Assembly (NCBI GenBank): GCA_963514005.1
Contig: OY740795.1
Span: forward strand, 930,001-994,000
Source: Raja brachyura
Taxonomy: Eukaryota
Direction of reading: 5' to 3'
DNA: 64,000 bases
The position numbers and the translations under genes are program-made. This document shows positions 62,496 through 64,000 of this stretch, one piece after another. The stretch's first letter is position 1. Each line of letters opens with the position of its first letter. Below the pieces are notes generated by a model. The model saw only the letters and a program-made list of their open reading frames with translations, was not told the DNA's origin and did no database searches.

Positions 62496-63735
62496 TGGGA
62501 ATTTTCTGAGGATGTAACGGGGATAATGGACAAGGGAGAGCCAGTCAATGTAGTGTACCTGGACTTTCAGAAAGCGTTTGATATGGTCCCACATAGGAGG
62601 TTACTGGCGAAATTAGAGCGCATGATATTGGGGTAGGGTGCTGACATGGATAGAAATTGGCAGACAGGAAACAACGGGTAGAAATTAACGGGTCCCCTTT
62701 CAGAATGGCAGGCAGTAAGTAGTGAGGTACCGCAAGGCGCGGTGCTGGGACCGCAGCTATATACAATATATATATTAATGGTTTGGATGAAGGGATTAAA
62801 AGTAACATGAGCAGCTGTGCAGATGACCAAAGCTGGGTGGCAGTGTGAAATGTGAGGAGGATACTGTGAGGATGCAGAGTGACTTGGACAGGTTGGGTGA
62901 GTGGGCAGATGCATGGCAGATGCAATGTAATATCCGCCATTTTCTTGTTCCCCATAATGAATTCACCTGTTTCTGTCTTCAAGAGATCCACATTGGTCTT
63001 AACTATTTTTTTCCCTCTTCACATACCTAAAGAAGCTTTTATTATCCTCCTTTATAATCTTAGGCAGCTTCCCTTCGACCTCGTCTTTTCTCCCCGTATT
63101 GCCCTTTTAGTTATTTTCTGTTGCTCTTTAAAGTTCCCAATCCTCTTGCTCCCTGCTCATCTTTCCTATGTCACACGTCTTCTCTTTTATTTTTATACTG
63201 TCCTTGACTTCCCTTGCCATTGTCGCCTCTTACTCCCATTAAAATCGTTCTTCCTCTTTGGAATGAACTGATCCTGCACCTTCTGCATTGTTCCCATAAA
63301 TACCTGTCATTGTTGTTCCAATATCATCCCTGCTAGGGTCAATTTCCAAACATTGGCGAGCTCCTCCCTCATGCCTTAGTCCCCTCTGCTCAACTGTATA
63401 CTGACACTTCCGGTTGTCCCTTCTCTCTCTCAAATATAGATTAAAATTTACCATTTTATGGTCACTACCTCCTAATGGCTACGTTCCCTTGCGTTCCCTT
63501 ATCAAATCCGGTTCACCAGACAAAACTAAACCCAGAATTGCCTTCTCCCCCGTATTGTACAATACAAGCTGCACTAAGAATCCATCTGGGAGGCACTCCA
63601 CAAACTCCCTTTCTCGGGGTCCAGTGCCAACCTGATTTTCCCAGTCTACCTGCATGTTGAAATTTCCAATACCCACTGTAGCATTACCTTTGCGCCATGC
63701 CAATTTTAAGTATTGATGCAACTTGCACCCCATAA
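62496..63735. mobile_element. CR1 fragments truncating GPCR4 (+ 62496-62930; - 62930-63735)
   Basis: [22 protein letters not shown] on +; endonuclease and linker pieces (GNFNMQVDWENQVG) on -. Confidence 0.85.
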
Positions 63736-64000
63736 ACAGGCACACAATCCAAGTTTAGTTTCGTATTACAGACCGATTCGAATCCTGTCCTCGATCGTAA
63801 CCCTCCCACCCCAGCCTAACAGGCGGCCCGATAGCATATTTTAACTTTTGATAAACATAAAACCGCAGGAAGTTAGTTACATTTCGTAATACAATAATCT
63901 AACCGAGTTTTTATATGTTGGTGGAGTCGGACAATGTCCAGTCCGGTCCCTTCTCTGACCCTTGTTTTGGAGAAGGTCCAGAGGAGGTTTACAAGGATGG

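Overview
Eukaryotic, repeat-rich vertebrate DNA with five N gaps, most likely from a cartilaginous fish (skate or ray), judged from the CR1/HER1-type LINEs, HE1-like SINEs and the GPR139-like receptor family. The host genes are all on the + strand and fall into two interleaved classes. (1) Three T-cell receptor alpha/delta-type V gene segments at about 8.7, 46.8-50.9 and 57.5 kb, each with a V exon and a 22/23-bp-spacer recombination signal; the 40-nt leader exon is clear for V1 and V3 and probable for V2. (2) Four two-exon class A GPCR genes of the GPR139/GPR142-like type: three apparently intact (16.1, 26.3 and 43.4 kb) and one pseudogene (60.3 kb). The order is V1-GPCR1-GPCR2-GPCR3-V2-V3-GPCR4psi. 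Shared flanks and shared repeat junctions indicate that V1+GPCR1 and V3+GPCR4psi are two copies of one duplicated V+GPCR cassette. No D, J or C segment is visible. The rest is transposon-derived: a full-length L1 with a 17-bp target-site duplication (TSD), a full-length esterase-ORF1 CR1, many CR1 fragments, Rex/Babar, Penelope, a Tc1 end and tRNA-derived SINEs. Repeat boundaries are approximate. Family assignments come from motif recognition, not database searches.
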